Assembly (NCBI GenBank): GCA_963666315.2
Contig: CAXXHG010000043.1
Location: forward strand, 448,001-512,000
Source: Candidatus Binatia bacterium
GTDB taxonomy: Bacteria > Desulfobacterota > Binatia > Bin18
Direction of reading: 5' to 3'
Length of the DNA: 64,000 nt
Below are positions 1 to 10,539 of the stretch, in pieces (position 1 is the first letter of the stretch; every line of letters begins with the position of its first letter). The position numbers and the translations under genes were made by a program. Below the pieces are notes generated by a model. The model saw only the letters and a list, made by a program, of their open reading frames with translations. It did not search any database and had not been told where the DNA came from.

Positions 1-647
1 TCTGCTGTGTACGCAGCGGGCTGTTCGAGGGTCCAGCCAGTGTCAGCGTATGCGAGGACAATATTTTCTTCTGGACCGCTGATTGCGATTTTTTTGACAT
101 CGGTGCTCACGAACGGGAGAATAGTTTTGTCTCGTAGCTCTTTGACTTGCTTGATCATTCCCAGGCGGAACGCCTGGCGGGTCAAGTGGAGTTGAGGGTC
201 CCCTTCTTTTTGGACATAGGCCGAGTAGCCAACCGGGGTGTCTTTGCCGATCGAGAGCTGCGGGAGTTTCGTCCCGTCGTTCAGAGCGAGCTGTATTCTG
301 ACCAGGGGTTCATCCAGCCCGTACAGGGCGGGATCTGCTGCTGCATCAGGATCAAGATGGCGCGTCACCTCTTCATCCGCCAGCGTATTGAGCATATTAT
401 CGACGGTGATTTTGTCTGCTTTGGCTTGTATCGGCTCAATAATATCCCACCCGGCTGGCGCGACCTGTTTCAAGCGAATCGTCCGATCCGGATATATCAG
501 TGTGAAGGTATCGACGGCGTCTTTCTCAAAGGTGAGAATGGTTTCCTTTTTTGCATCCCGTTCGGCTTGGGGTAAGTCAATAAAATAGACATACGCGCCC
601 AAAGCCGCCAGCATGACAACCATCACTATGGCTTTTGGTAGACTCAT
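1..647 (-). CDS. DUF4340 domain-containing protein (runs off window start)
   Basis: Not in ORF track; manual translation from ATG at 647 gives MSLPKAIVMVVMLAALGAYVYFIDLPQAE...W.IIEP..AKAD...YGLDEP...IGKDTPVG; lies downstream of GldG-like gene as is usual. Confidence 0.8.
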   Translation of the reverse strand, partial: MSLPKAIVMVVMLAALGAYVYFIDLPQAERDAKKETILTFEKDAVDTFTLIYPDRTIRLKQVAPAGWDIIEPIQAKADKITVDNMLNTLADEEVTRHLDPDAAADPALYGLDEPLVRIQLALNDGTKLPQLSIGKDTPVGYSAYVQKEGDPQLHLTRQAFRLGMIKQVKELRDKTILPFVSTDVKKIAISGPEENIVLAYADTGWTLEQPAAYTA

Positions 648-669
648 GGTTTCAAAGAGAACAAACGTA

Positions 670-2220
670 CTAACGGCGTCGCCACCAACTGGCGAGTCCA
701 GCAATGAGCAAAATCTCCGGCAGGATCAGTACCGACAGGTAAAAGACCTTCGTCTCTTGCTCGGGTGTAAGCTGGATCTTTGAAGCACGCAGGGTCCGGG
801 GGCGAATCGAGATGAGTTCTTCTTCGCCAACCAACCAGCTGATCGTGTTGAGCAGTAAGTCACGATTGAAATACTGGCTAATGCGCTGATTATTGGCAAA
901 GCTGGCATTGCCGAACACGACCATACGAGCAGTCTCTTCGAGTTCTTCTCCCATTTCTTTGAGGTCGGCCGTTACTGCAGCTGCCAGGGAAATCGGGCCT
1001 TTGCGGTCCTGGTCGTCAAGGCTCACGGTTTGTTTTTGAAATACTTCTTCCAGGTTTGTTTCCGCCCAAGAACTTGGTTTGGTCTGGACTAAGCTGGTCA
1101 GTGTCACGCCAGCAATGCCATCCGCGTCCGCTTCAACCGAGCGTGAAAGTCCGTAGGCGGTGAGAGCCGCGGAACCACGACGACTGAGGTCTGCGGTAAT
1201 TGGATGTGCCCCATATGTATGCGCAAATGGGGTGAGTGTGAATGTCCGGCCGCGTAAGAGTTGCAGTCGCTGGTCAACAATGACGTCATTGCCAATCTTG
1301 ACGCCCCACTGAGCAAGATACGGGACCAATTCCGGGGTCGTTCGCGGGCTCAACAAAAAGAGAGCAGCTCCCGCTTGTTTGAGATAGGCATCGATGAGCT
1401 GCATTTCATGTTCGAGCAAGGACCGCTGGGCACCCGCAACGATAAGCAGGTTGGTTTCGCTTGGAACGGTTTGGTCGGGTGAAAGGACTAGGGTGTTGAC
1501 CACATAGCCCTCGTTTTCCAGAGCTGTTTTGAGCTGCCCGTAGCCCCCGGCGTCTTGGAGGTCGCTGATATCCGGTTCCCCGTGGCCCTCGATAAAGTAC
1601 ACGGTTTTCTTGTCCGGCCGGGTCACTTTGATGATGCCATTAGTGAGCTCTTCTTCTGAGACCTGATTGACAACGTTGGTACTCTCCCCATAGCGTAAAA
1701 CAATAGCCGGCATGGTGCTGATCTGGAATCGTTCGGCTAAATCCGGGCGTTGGTCAGGGTCGATGATGCGAAAAGAGATTTTCTCAGAAACATACTCATA
1801 GTTGCTCAGCAGTTCCCGCAGTTGCGGGTCGGATCCAGCTTGGACAAAGGCATCAATTTCCAAGGTCTTGTCCAATCGACGCAGTACGTTTTCAGACTGT
1901 TGAGACAGGCTATAGACGCCGGCTTCAGTGAGATCAAAACGGTGGTGATGGCGGGTAGAGAGATAATTGACGAGTACCAGAATGGCCAGAAAGAGCAGCG
2001 AATAAAACGCGGCGCCGGCTCCGTATTTGGTCGAGCGCTCACCCAAAAACGTCTTGATTGATCTTTTGGACGAGACCAGCGTGGCCCCTACCGTAATCAG
2101 GCCGGTCAGGGTATGAACAATGACATAGACAGACAGCTGGCGAGTCAGGTAATAGGCTATTCCCGCAAATAAGAGGAGAATGACTCCAACCACCCCGTAA
2201 AACGAACTCAGACGTGCCAT
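670..2220 (-). CDS. GldG-family ABC-type uncharacterised transport system auxiliary component
   Basis: N-terminal TM helices, RFDLT..GVYSLS, YFIEGHGE, N.DLLLN.I.WL, C-terminal TM ending WWRRR; start taken at MARLSS. Confidence 0.88.
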   Translation of the reverse strand: MARLSSFYGVVGVILLLFAGIAYYLTRQLSVYVIVHTLTGLITVGATLVSSKRSIKTFLGERSTKYGAGAAFYSLLFLAILVLVNYLSTRHHHRFDLTEAGVYSLSQQSENVLRRLDKTLEIDAFVQAGSDPQLRELLSNYEYVSEKISFRIIDPDQRPDLAERFQISTMPAIVLRYGESTNVVNQVSEEELTNGIIKVTRPDKKTVYFIEGHGEPDISDLQDAGGYGQLKTALENEGYVVNTLVLSPDQTVPSETNLLIVAGAQRSLLEHEMQLIDAYLKQAGAALFLLSPRTTPELVPYLAQWGVKIGNDVIVDQRLQLLRGRTFTLTPFAHTYGAHPITADLSRRGSAALTAYGLSRSVEADADGIAGVTLTSLVQTKPSSWAETNLEEVFQKQTVSLDDQDRKGPISLAAAVTADLKEMGEELEETARMVVFGNASFANNQRISQYFNRDLLLNTISWLVGEEELISIRPRTLRASKIQLTPEQETKVFYLSVLILPEILLIAGLASWWRRR

Positions 2221-2224
2221 GCGA

Positions 2225-2995
2225 TTACCTCCAGCGCAGCGATTCAACCGAACGCTGGGTTAAGAACAAGGACAGCAGGATGAGACTCATAAAGTAGACC
2301 AAATCTCGCGTGTCAACGACTCCTTTGACCATCTCGGCAAAGTGTTCTGTGGCCGACAGATAGCGCAACACCGGCCCGAGAATATCTCCGGCCGTGTCAG
2401 CTGGCCAGCCGATGATGTATAGCAGCAGGGTGGCCACCAACGCGCTGACGGCGGCAATGATCTGGTTTTCCGTGAATGATGAGGTCAACAGCCCGACGGC
2501 TGCAAAGGCTGTGGCCAGGAGGAGCAGCCCGAGATAGCTTGCCAGCATGACGCCGATTTCCGGATTTCCGAATACCATCAGGACGAGCGGATAGACCCCG
2601 GTCATACCGATCATGATGCAGATGAACAGGAAACAAGCGAAAAATTTCCCTAAAACAATTTCTCCGGCGCGTAAGGGAGAGGTCAGCAATAATTCATACG
2701 TCCCGTCTTTTTTCTCCTCGGCGTACGCCCGCATGGTGATCATGGGCACGAGGATGACGAGAATGATGGACAGGTTATGCATTAACGGAGAGATGACAAA
2801 GTCGTTGAGATTTAACTGGTCCGCCGCTCCTTGCTGCAATTGAGTGTAGATGCGGAGGAGCAGATTAAACCGCGACAGGAGGTTAAAGAAAAACCAGCCA
2901 CCCAAGAGTAAAAATCCGGTCAGTACGACATAGGCAACGGGTGAGACAAAATAGGAGTGCAGCTCTTTGCGAACAATCGTGAGCACATTTCTCAT
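2225..2995 (-). CDS. ABC-2 type permease (GldF-like)
   Basis: RKELHSYFVSP, MR.YAEEKKDGTYELLLTSP, multiple TM helices. Confidence 0.9.
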   Translation of the reverse strand: MRNVLTIVRKELHSYFVSPVAYVVLTGFLLLGGWFFFNLLSRFNLLLRIYTQLQQGAADQLNLNDFVISPLMHNLSIILVILVPMITMRAYAEEKKDGTYELLLTSPLRAGEIVLGKFFACFLFICIMIGMTGVYPLVLMVFGNPEIGVMLASYLGLLLLATAFAAVGLLTSSFTENQIIAAVSALVATLLLYIIGWPADTAGDILGPVLRYLSATEHFAEMVKGVVDTRDLVYFMSLILLSLFLTQRSVESLRWR

Positions 2996-3750
2996 TCCGA
3001 CGCCTCCTCAATCGCCGTAGCGCTCTCCACAATCTCACCAGAGTCTTCTTGCGCAATGGCGTGGAGAAAAACGTCTTCGAGGGTCTGACCCTGGGTCAGA
3101 TTTTCGATCATGTCTTCAACCACAACTCTGCCGGCGCTGATGATAACGACTTTTTCACACACTTGGACGACTTCCGGCAGGATGTGGGTGGAGAGTATAA
3201 CTGTATGTTCGCCGGCAAGCTCCTTAATCAGATTGCGTATGCCGATGATCTGCTGTGGGTCAAGGCCGACTGTGGGCTCGTCGAGAACCAGCACGTCCGG
3301 GTTATGGATAATGGCCTGGGCCAGACCGACCCGCTGACGATAGCCTTTGGAAAGATAGCCGGTGACTCGGTCAGCAACGTCAGTCAAGCCGCAGCGGTTG
3401 AGGACCCGATCCAGCGCATCTGGGATAGCTGCGCGCGCCATGCCTTTGATCCGCGCCACAAATCGCAGATAGGCGGTGACCACCATATCATTATACAGCG
3501 GCGGGGCTTCCGGTAGGTAGCCGATGCGTTTGCGTGCCTCAAACGAGTCATCAAAGATGTCAAACCCAGCGACTTTGACCGTTCCTGTCGTTGCCGGCAT
3601 GAAACCGGTAATGACCCGCATGGTGGTGGTTTTTCCGGAGCCGTTCGGTCCCAAAAATCCGAGAATCTGACCTGACTCGACCCGGAAAGAGACCTCTGAT
3701 ACGGCAGTCAAGTCGCCATAACGTTTAGTGAGATTTTGGACTTCTATCAT
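2992..3750 (-). CDS. ABC transporter ATP-binding protein (GldA-like)
   Basis: Walker A GPNGSGKTT, signature LSKGYRQR, Walker B VLVLDEP, STH. Confidence 0.95.
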   Translation of the reverse strand: MIEVQNLTKRYGDLTAVSEVSFRVESGQILGFLGPNGSGKTTTMRVITGFMPATTGTVKVAGFDIFDDSFEARKRIGYLPEAPPLYNDMVVTAYLRFVARIKGMARAAIPDALDRVLNRCGLTDVADRVTGYLSKGYRQRVGLAQAIIHNPDVLVLDEPTVGLDPQQIIGIRNLIKELAGEHTVILSTHILPEVVQVCEKVVIISAGRVVVEDMIENLTQGQTLEDVFLHAIAQEDSGEIVESATAIEEASE

Positions 3751-4022
3751 GATCTTTAGTGTGTGTTGGAATGAGCGAGGGTTGGTGGCAATAATAAATT
3801 TTTTGCTGTTGGCAGCAATATTTAAGGCCCGTTTCCTCTCTTGTCAAGCGGGCGAAGAAAAAAGCGCTTTGCCTGACGGTATTGGACGTAGAAAATCCAC
3901 AGACATTCAGATTACTTATCTTACCCCCTGTCCTTGACTAGCGGCCTATGCCTGGGGAGTTCCACGGGGCGAAAGCTCTCGATATCATCGGGGGATGCTT
4001 CTCAGCTCCGTATCGTTTGTGC

Positions 4023-4047
4023 TGAATAGAATATCCTGATTAACGTC
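4023..4047 (+). promoter_or_regulatory. Possible ECF-type autoregulatory promoter (TGAAT-N16-CGTC)
   Basis: Resembles ECF -35/-10 consensus, 25 nt upstream of the ECF sigma start; inference only. Confidence 0.35.
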
Positions 4048-4071
4048 TCACTCTAAGGATGCTGGAAAACG

Positions 4072-4644
4072 GTGGAAATAAGCGACTGGGAACTGGTTCG
4101 GCGCTGCAAGCACGATGATCGGCAGGCATTCCGTGAACTGGTGGAACGCTATCAGCGGAAAGTCGGGGCCATTGCGCTCGGAATGCTGCATGATCGTGAA
4201 GACGCCCTTGATGTTGCCCAAGAAGCGTTTACCAAGGTTTTTACTAACATCCACAAGTTTAAGGAAGAATCAAGTTTTTACACCTGGCTCTACCGGATTG
4301 TGGTGAATTTGGCGATTGATCGGCAGCGCCAACGAAGCCGTAGAGCCGTGTTCGAGCGACGTCAGTCAGGGGGAGAAGACGATGGAGATTGGATTGAGAG
4401 TATCCCCGACCGGGACGGACTTGACCCATCGGACCAAGTTGCCGATAGAGAACGTGGACAACGAATTCGGGCGGCGATCGACGAGTTGACGCCTGTGCAT
4501 AGAGCGGTCATATTACTAAGAGCCGTCGAAGGACTATCCTACGAAGAGATCGGCCAAGTGTTACAGTGTTCCAGGGGGACCGTAATGAGCCGCCTGCACT
4601 ATGCCAGGAAGAGCCTGGAAGCACGCTTGCCGCGTGATATCTAA
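4072..4644 (+). CDS. ECF RNA polymerase sigma-70 factor (RpoE-like)
   Basis: DALDVAQEAF, SSFYTWLYRI..NLAID, LSYEEI...GTVMSRLHYAR; GTG start. Confidence 0.95.
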   Translation: MEISDWELVRRCKHDDRQAFRELVERYQRKVGAIALGMLHDREDALDVAQEAFTKVFTNIHKFKEESSFYTWLYRIVVNLAIDRQRQRSRRAVFERRQSGGEDDGDWIESIPDRDGLDPSDQVADRERGQRIRAAIDELTPVHRAVILLRAVEGLSYEEIGQVLQCSRGTVMSRLHYARKSLEARLPRDI

Positions 4645-4750
4645 CCAACCACAATTTCCCCACGTATGATCTACATCCACTTAGACCTGTTGTTTTCCTC
4701 TCGTCCCCCTTGTGGAAGGCCGACAACACCATAAGACCGGAAGATGGCGT

Positions 4751-5305
4751 ATGGCGCGTTGCTCTCATTCCGAACGTCTTATCCCTCTGCTATACGATGG
4801 CGCGCTTGATAACGCTCTGCGTTATGAGGTTGCTTTCCAGGTCGCCGATTGCCCTGTTTGTACCCGCCGGATGAATGTCATCGAACGAATACAGGAAGTC
4901 CTGTGTCAAACACTTGAGGAGGAAGTGGCGCGCTTGGACTTCTCGGATTTTTGGACCAGCGTCGAGCGGCGACTCGCCGCTCCGCCGCATTCTGTCTGGA
5001 GCCGTGTGTCGAGCCGGTTACGACTGTGGCGGCTGCAGTGGCAACCCATTTTCTCGTGGAACGGTCCTGTATGGGCAACGGCAACGGCGCTCCTCATTTT
5101 TGTGGCTGTGATATTGACCCGTCCTCCTGTTCCGAGGCGAGCTGGCTCAGTACCTCCCGAAAATCCGCCGGTTATGCTCGCTTTAAACAATCAGGCTCAG
5201 ATCGCATCACTGTCTGCGACATCGGCTGTGTTCGTTTGGAATGAGCCGACGAGCAATGCCACTGTCATTTGGGTTGATGGCGGACCGGGAGGAGAGCTGC
5301 CGTGA
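4751..5305 (+). CDS. Transmembrane anti-sigma factor (ZAS-like)
   Basis: Follows ECF sigma; N-terminal CxxC (QVADCPVC, His of HxxxCxxC absent), single TM helix, short extracytoplasmic tail. Confidence 0.75.
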   Translation: MARCSHSERLIPLLYDGALDNALRYEVAFQVADCPVCTRRMNVIERIQEVLCQTLEEEVARLDFSDFWTSVERRLAAPPHSVWSRVSSRLRLWRLQWQPIFSWNGPVWATATALLIFVAVILTRPPVPRRAGSVPPENPPVMLALNNQAQIASLSATSAVFVWNEPTSNATVIWVDGGPGGELP

Positions 5306-5790
5306 AGCGGTGTTACTGGATCTTTCCCCCTCCCGTCATCATAGGGCTGCTCCTGTTGGCCTCGTCAGCCGGTGCGGACGACATGATCAATCTGCGCGTC
5401 GAGACCGTCTTGGCAACAGATACATCACACGAATTTGATAGTCGTCTTACCGGGATGCGCTCCCAGCTTCTCGCGTTTCGCTATTCTGCGTATCGCCTGG
5501 TTCAAGAAGAGCGCCGGAAAGTCGGCTTTGGCAAGCAGGCAAATTTCTCCTTGCCTGGGGGACGGTTTCTCCAAGTCGTGCCAAAAGAATACGCTAATGG
5601 GAAGATTGCACTGCATGTGATGCTCATGGAAGGAACATCGCCGTCTCCCCTCATGAGTACACTACTTTCCATTCCTAATCGTGGGATGCTTTTCGTAGGT
5701 GGGCAGAAACACCAGGGCGGAACGCTCATCATTCGCATCGGTGCTTCTACCGATGCCTTCCCTGCTGCAATCATACCGACCGAGGAATAG
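5302..5790 (+). CDS. Hypothetical exported protein coupled to the anti-sigma gene
   Basis: GTGA overlap with upstream stop, RBS GGAGG, signal-peptide-like N-terminus (ASSAGA). Confidence 0.7.
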   Translation: MKRCYWIFPPPVIIGLLLLASSAGADDMINLRVETVLATDTSHEFDSRLTGMRSQLLAFRYSAYRLVQEERRKVGFGKQANFSLPGGRFLQVVPKEYANGKIALHVMLMEGTSPSPLMSTLLSIPNRGMLFVGGQKHQGGTLIIRIGASTDAFPAAIIPTEE

Positions 5791-5991
5791 CCGTTTGCCC
5801 TCCGCTTAAAGAGCAGAGGTCTACGAAAACACGTAGGACCCTACGCTCAGCAGGCTGCCGAGCGGCCACAGATACCACGTGAAGAGATAAAACCGATCTT
5901 GTTGGACAAGACGCAGGATGAGGGCGATGGCTGCGTATCTCCCAGGCTGGCATCATCCTCGCGACATAGGGTCTCGTGGCGGGTTAGGCGG

Positions 5992-6561
5992 CTACAGGGG
6001 AGCGAATTCTGTCCGGAAGAGAGGCAAGGAGGCCTCGATATCACGCAGGAGCGGTGCGATAGCGTCCTTTTCTGAGAGCAGGGGCGTATCAATTGGCCAC
6101 TCAATCCCGATGTCCGGATCATTCCAGGCCAGGCTGATCTCATCTGCCGCATTATAAAAATCAGTGCATTTATATATGATCTGGGCGTGTTCACTGAGGA
6201 CAGCGAATCCATGCGCAAATCCAGGTGGGATATACAGCTGGCGGAAATTCTGTGCAGACAGGACAAGGCCAACCCATTGCTTAAACGTTGGTGACCCTCG
6301 TCGAATATCGACCGCAACATCAAAAATTTCACCTTCGAAGACTCGCATCAGCTTCCCCTGGGGATACTGACGCTGGGCATGGAGGCCACGAATAGCACCT
6401 CGCGCCGATTGTGAGTGGTTGTCCTGGACAAAGGTTGCAGGAATACCGCCTGCCTCGAATTTTCGGGCATGGTAGGTTTCGAGGAAGAAACCGCGTTGGT
6501 CGTGGTGGACCTCTGGTTCAACCACAATGACATCCGGTAATTCGGTTGGGAGAAAGCGCAT
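5992..6561 (-). CDS. rfbC: dTDP-4-dehydrorhamnose 3,5-epimerase (RmlC)
   Basis: [40 protein letters not shown]. Confidence 0.96.
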   Translation of the reverse strand: MRFLPTELPDVIVVEPEVHHDQRGFFLETYHARKFEAGGIPATFVQDNHSQSARGAIRGLHAQRQYPQGKLMRVFEGEIFDVAVDIRRGSPTFKQWVGLVLSAQNFRQLYIPPGFAHGFAVLSEHAQIIYKCTDFYNAADEISLAWNDPDIGIEWPIDTPLLSEKDAIAPLLRDIEASLPLFRTEFAPL

Positions 6562-6569
6562 CTGGGTAT

Positions 6570-7448
6570 CTATTTGTTATGGCCGTTATGCAGCATGCGT
6601 ACCAGATACTGGCCGTAGGCATTCCCTTTCATACTAGCGGCCTGTTGGATGATCTCGGTTGCTGAAATATAGCCCATTTTATACGCAATTTCTTCGACAC
6701 AGGCGACCATTAATCCCTGTCGTTCTTGGAGGGCCTGAATAAAATTGGAGGCTTGGAGTAGCGATTCATGCGTGCCGGTATCCAACCAGGCAATTCCTCT
6801 GCCGAGTTTCTCTACATGCAGGTCTCCCCTGTCGAGATAGGCTCGATTCACATCAGTGATTTCTAATTCTCCGCGGGCAGAAGGCTTGAGGTTCGAGGCA
6901 ATCTGGACTACCTGATTATCATAGAAATACAAGCCGGTGACGGCATAAGTTGAGCGAGGCTCAACTGGCTTCTCTGCCAGGCTGATGGCTTGTCCTTGCG
7001 CATCGAATTCCACCACTCCGTAGCGCTCAGGGTCACGGACTTGGTACGCAAAAACTGTTGCCCCAGCAGTGCGTTGTGTTGCGGTACGGAGAGAGTCAGG
7101 GAAACCGTGTCCGTAGAAAATATTATCGCCAAGCACGAGAACCACCGCATCGCTTCCGATGAAATCGCGACCAATCAAAAAGGCTTGGGCGATACCTTCC
7201 GGATGCGGTTGCGTTGCATATTCTATGTCCATGCCGAGCCACCGTCCGTCTTCCAGGAGGCGCCGAAATCCATCTTGCTCGTGTGGGGTGGTAATCACCA
7301 ACACCTGACGGATACCTGCCAACATGAGGGTCGAGAGCGGATAATAGATCATGGGTTTATCATAGATCGGTGTGAGCTGTTTGCTGACGGCACGAGTAAT
7401 CGGATACAGCCGTGTTCCTGAACCACCGGCGAGAATAATGCCTTTCAT
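6570..7448 (-). CDS. rfbA: Glucose-1-phosphate thymidylyltransferase (RmlA)
   Basis: [49 protein letters not shown]. Confidence 0.97.
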   Translation of the reverse strand: MKGIILAGGSGTRLYPITRAVSKQLTPIYDKPMIYYPLSTLMLAGIRQVLVITTPHEQDGFRRLLEDGRWLGMDIEYATQPHPEGIAQAFLIGRDFIGSDAVVLVLGDNIFYGHGFPDSLRTATQRTAGATVFAYQVRDPERYGVVEFDAQGQAISLAEKPVEPRSTYAVTGLYFYDNQVVQIASNLKPSARGELEITDVNRAYLDRGDLHVEKLGRGIAWLDTGTHESLLQASNFIQALQERQGLMVACVEEIAYKMGYISATEIIQQAASMKGNAYGQYLVRMLHNGHNK

Positions 7449-7485
7449 GATCGATCCTCTCTCGATTCCTCGTATCGCGGACGCC

Positions 7486-8610
7486 TTACGAGGGCGTTTG
7501 TGAGTTGGGTTTTTCTGTGGACGAGGAGCCGAGCCCGAGCCGTTCTCGGTCATACGTATCCGTCTGAATGGTTGCACACCATGCTCGATTGTCCAGATAC
7601 CAGCGGATCGTCTGGGCTATGCCACGGTCAAAATCGTATTGTGGTCTCCAGCCCAGCTCGGTCCGGATCTTGGTGGCATCGATCGCATAGCGTCGATCAT
7701 GGCCAGGACGATCTTTCACATAGGTGATGAGGGCTGCGTAATCCTGAATCCCCTGCTGTTTCAGCGCAGGATTGTCTGCCGCCGGGAGGAGGTCTTCCAA
7801 GGTTGTGCAGATACGGTTTACAATCTCTCTATTCGTTTGCTCATTACCACCGCCGATATTATATTTTTCACCAACCGCGCCTTGACGTAAGGCGAGCAAT
7901 ATCCCTGTGCAATGATCCTCGACATGCAGCCAGTCGCGAATATTTTTCCCATCGCCATAGATGGGGAGCGGTTTCCCCTCAACCGCATTGAGAATCATTA
8001 ACGGAATGAGTTTTTCCGGAAACTGATACGAGCCATAATTGTTCGAGCAATTTGTGATGAGAGTCTGTAGGCCGTAGGTTTCGTGGTAGGCTCGCACGAA
8101 ATGGTCGGCACTCGCCTTTGAAGCCGAGTAGGGTGAATTCGGGGCATAGGGAGTAGTTTCGGAAAAGGCGCCTATTGCCCCGAGCGTTCCATACACTTCA
8201 TCAGTCGAGACGTGCAAAAATCGGAATTGCTGCCGGTCGTTTGCGCTGAGCGTAGCCACGTATATTCGAGCGGCGTCAAGTAAATAAAAAGTCCCAACAA
8301 GATTTGTCTCAACAAACGGCCATGGGCTGTCTATGGATCGATCAACATGGGTCTCAGCGGCAAAGTTCACAAGAGCGGTCGGCTGATAAGTCTGGAACAT
8401 CGCCGCCGCCGCCTCTTTATCGGCAATATCGGCTTGGAGGAAGGTGAAGCGAGAGTCGTGCTGTACGTCTTCCAGGTTGGCCAGGCGCCCTGCGTAGGTC
8501 AATTTATCGACGACAACAACGCGTGCATCTGTTTCCTTCATCACGAGTTGGACAAAATTGCATCCAATAAACCCGGCTCCACCTGTAATGAGTATTGTCT
8601 CCATGCGCAT
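7486..8610 (-). CDS. rfbB: dTDP-glucose 4,6-dehydratase (RmlB)
   Basis: [46 protein letters not shown]. Confidence 0.97.
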   Translation of the reverse strand: MRMETILITGGAGFIGCNFVQLVMKETDARVVVVDKLTYAGRLANLEDVQHDSRFTFLQADIADKEAAAAMFQTYQPTALVNFAAETHVDRSIDSPWPFVETNLVGTFYLLDAARIYVATLSANDRQQFRFLHVSTDEVYGTLGAIGAFSETTPYAPNSPYSASKASADHFVRAYHETYGLQTLITNCSNNYGSYQFPEKLIPLMILNAVEGKPLPIYGDGKNIRDWLHVEDHCTGILLALRQGAVGEKYNIGGGNEQTNREIVNRICTTLEDLLPAADNPALKQQGIQDYAALITYVKDRPGHDRRYAIDATKIRTELGWRPQYDFDRGIAQTIRWYLDNRAWCATIQTDTYDRERLGLGSSSTEKPNSQTPS

Positions 8611-8825
8611 ATCCCGTGTGTCCCTTTGGTCCCTCTGGCCCTGGCAACATAAGTGAGAACAAGGGCTGCTGACAGTCCATGCTTTCTCGCTGCCGCAAAG
8701 CCACTCTGTAAGAGAGACACGCCTGTCTAGCTGAACTCTATGAGATCAGTCAATTCCCACGGAGTCCAGCTGTATGATCTGAAAGGGACAAAAAAACAAG
8801 AGCGCGTCCCATCCGCCCGGCCAGA

Positions 8826-10255
8826 TTAGGCCGTGGTATTTGTGAGGGGTACGACCGTTGCGGTTGCTGTCGGATGAGAGCCAACACCATTGGTCGTAAC
8901 CGGCGGACTGGATGGAGTGGGAAGAAAGCCCGACAATACCTCCCGGTAGGATGTACCATTCAAGCGAAATGCAGGTCTGGTCTGATCCACGCCGGTATAA
9001 TAACGCAGCAGGGTGAGATAGCGCCGGACTAATTCTGGCAGTAAGAAGTTTTGTCGTACATGTGCTTGGGCCTGTTTCCCCAGCTGGGCAGTTTGCTCCG
9101 GATCATCTAGAATCTGAGCCATTTTTGTGGCAATAGCTTCGACATCAAGCGGCTCGACGAGATAACCGGTTTTTCCGTCTACAACCTGTTGCACGATTCC
9201 ACCAACGCGGGAACCAATGACCGGTCCCTTGCCACAAGGCCTCGGATACCACCAGGCCAAAACCTTCGCGTGTTGAGACATGGACGAAGCCGCGCGCAAG
9301 ACGCATGGGGGAGCCGACCACCTGATCGTTGTTTTCGACATTGACCCAAAAGTGGATATCCGGATCGTCGTCGGCTTGTGCTTTGAGTTGCGCAAGCGTG
9401 GCTTCCCCTTCTGGATCGTCTGTTGCCGTGTTGCCCAAGAAGATGAGAGAGGGTGCAGGGTCGTAGACCTTCTCTTCACGTAGCCGCTTGAATGCTCCAA
9501 TTATGGAGGCCTGATTTTTATGCATATCGTAGCGCGAAATTGCGGCCAGAATCAGTCGATCCGGATCGATAGTATGCTGCTGGAAAAGCGGCGCGAGAAT
9601 ATCCTTTGCCTGATTCTCCGTATATTGCCGGTTCTTCTCTGCGCGCGGGTCAATGCACGGGGTAATTTGATACTGCGGGATGTGCAGACTAGGTCCAACA
9701 AACTCCGGCATGGTGAAAATTGCCCCAGCGTACTGGTTGATATACGGGGCCAGAAAGCGCCACACCGTAGGGTTCGGGGTTGAGGTTTCAATATGGCATC
9801 GCCACAGGACATTGCCTATGAACACCCCATGCATAATGAGCGCTGCGGGTTGGGGGTCGTGGACGATAATTGGATCAGATTCGATCTGGACGTTTTGCGC
9901 ATTCGCTGCGAGAGTAACCAGATAGGTTTCGAAGAGTTCTTGGAGGGAAATCGGCTGGTCTACACCTTGGAGCGTATTGTGAAATTTCTTGGTGATCTGG
10001 AAGAAGGCGTCGTGGCCTTGAAATGGTGGACCAGCTGGCCTGGACCCCGAGTGAACAACCTAGGGGAATGACGCTACGCAGCATTTCCGCCACCCCTCCG
10101 CCAACAAAGGTGGAATTGATATTGGCCCAGCCTCGACCTTCGACTGCACCGGCCAAGTGTTTGAGCGCATCGACCCGTTCCTGTCCGATATACGGCTCGT
10201 ATTCGTCTACGGTGAGAGTCGCTTCGGGTTGATATTCTTCCAACAATGCGCTCAT
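8826..10255 (-). pseudogene. treT: TreT-like trehalose synthase / GT4 glycosyltransferase, frameshifted
   Basis: Successive fragments in different frames: INSTFVGGGVAEML, HDPQP, WRCHIE, ISRYD.HK, STREGFGLVVSEALW, GPVIGS.VGGI; several frame breaks. Confidence 0.8.
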
Positions 10256-10539
10256 ATTACTCACACTGCCCCTCCCTTGCACCACCCGTATCTCCATCCC
10301 TATATGAGAACATTCGGCTGTCAGAGAAGAACTCTTAAGCGAGATTGGTTCTCATGGCGTATGTCAAACACGAGATAACGAAAGAATATGGCGCCATAAA
10401 AAGTCCGAATCGAGGCGGCTTGTCAATAGGGGGGGCAGGGACAGAAGACTGCTAAGGGCAAGCGGGCGCTCGCTCTTCCTTGATCTGGGCTTTGGGTAAG
10501 GCCGACGGGTGTCTGAGAAATTTGGCAAATTCACGCGGC

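Noticed and set aside
1-3750. Gliding motility system
   Set aside because: GldA/F/G-like ABC modules with DUF4340 are widespread in non-gliding bacteria; no other gliding or T9SS genes are seen.
3952-4005. c-di-GMP-I riboswitch
   Set aside because: Has a GNRA-capped stem but lacks the GCAAA/tetraloop-receptor architecture.
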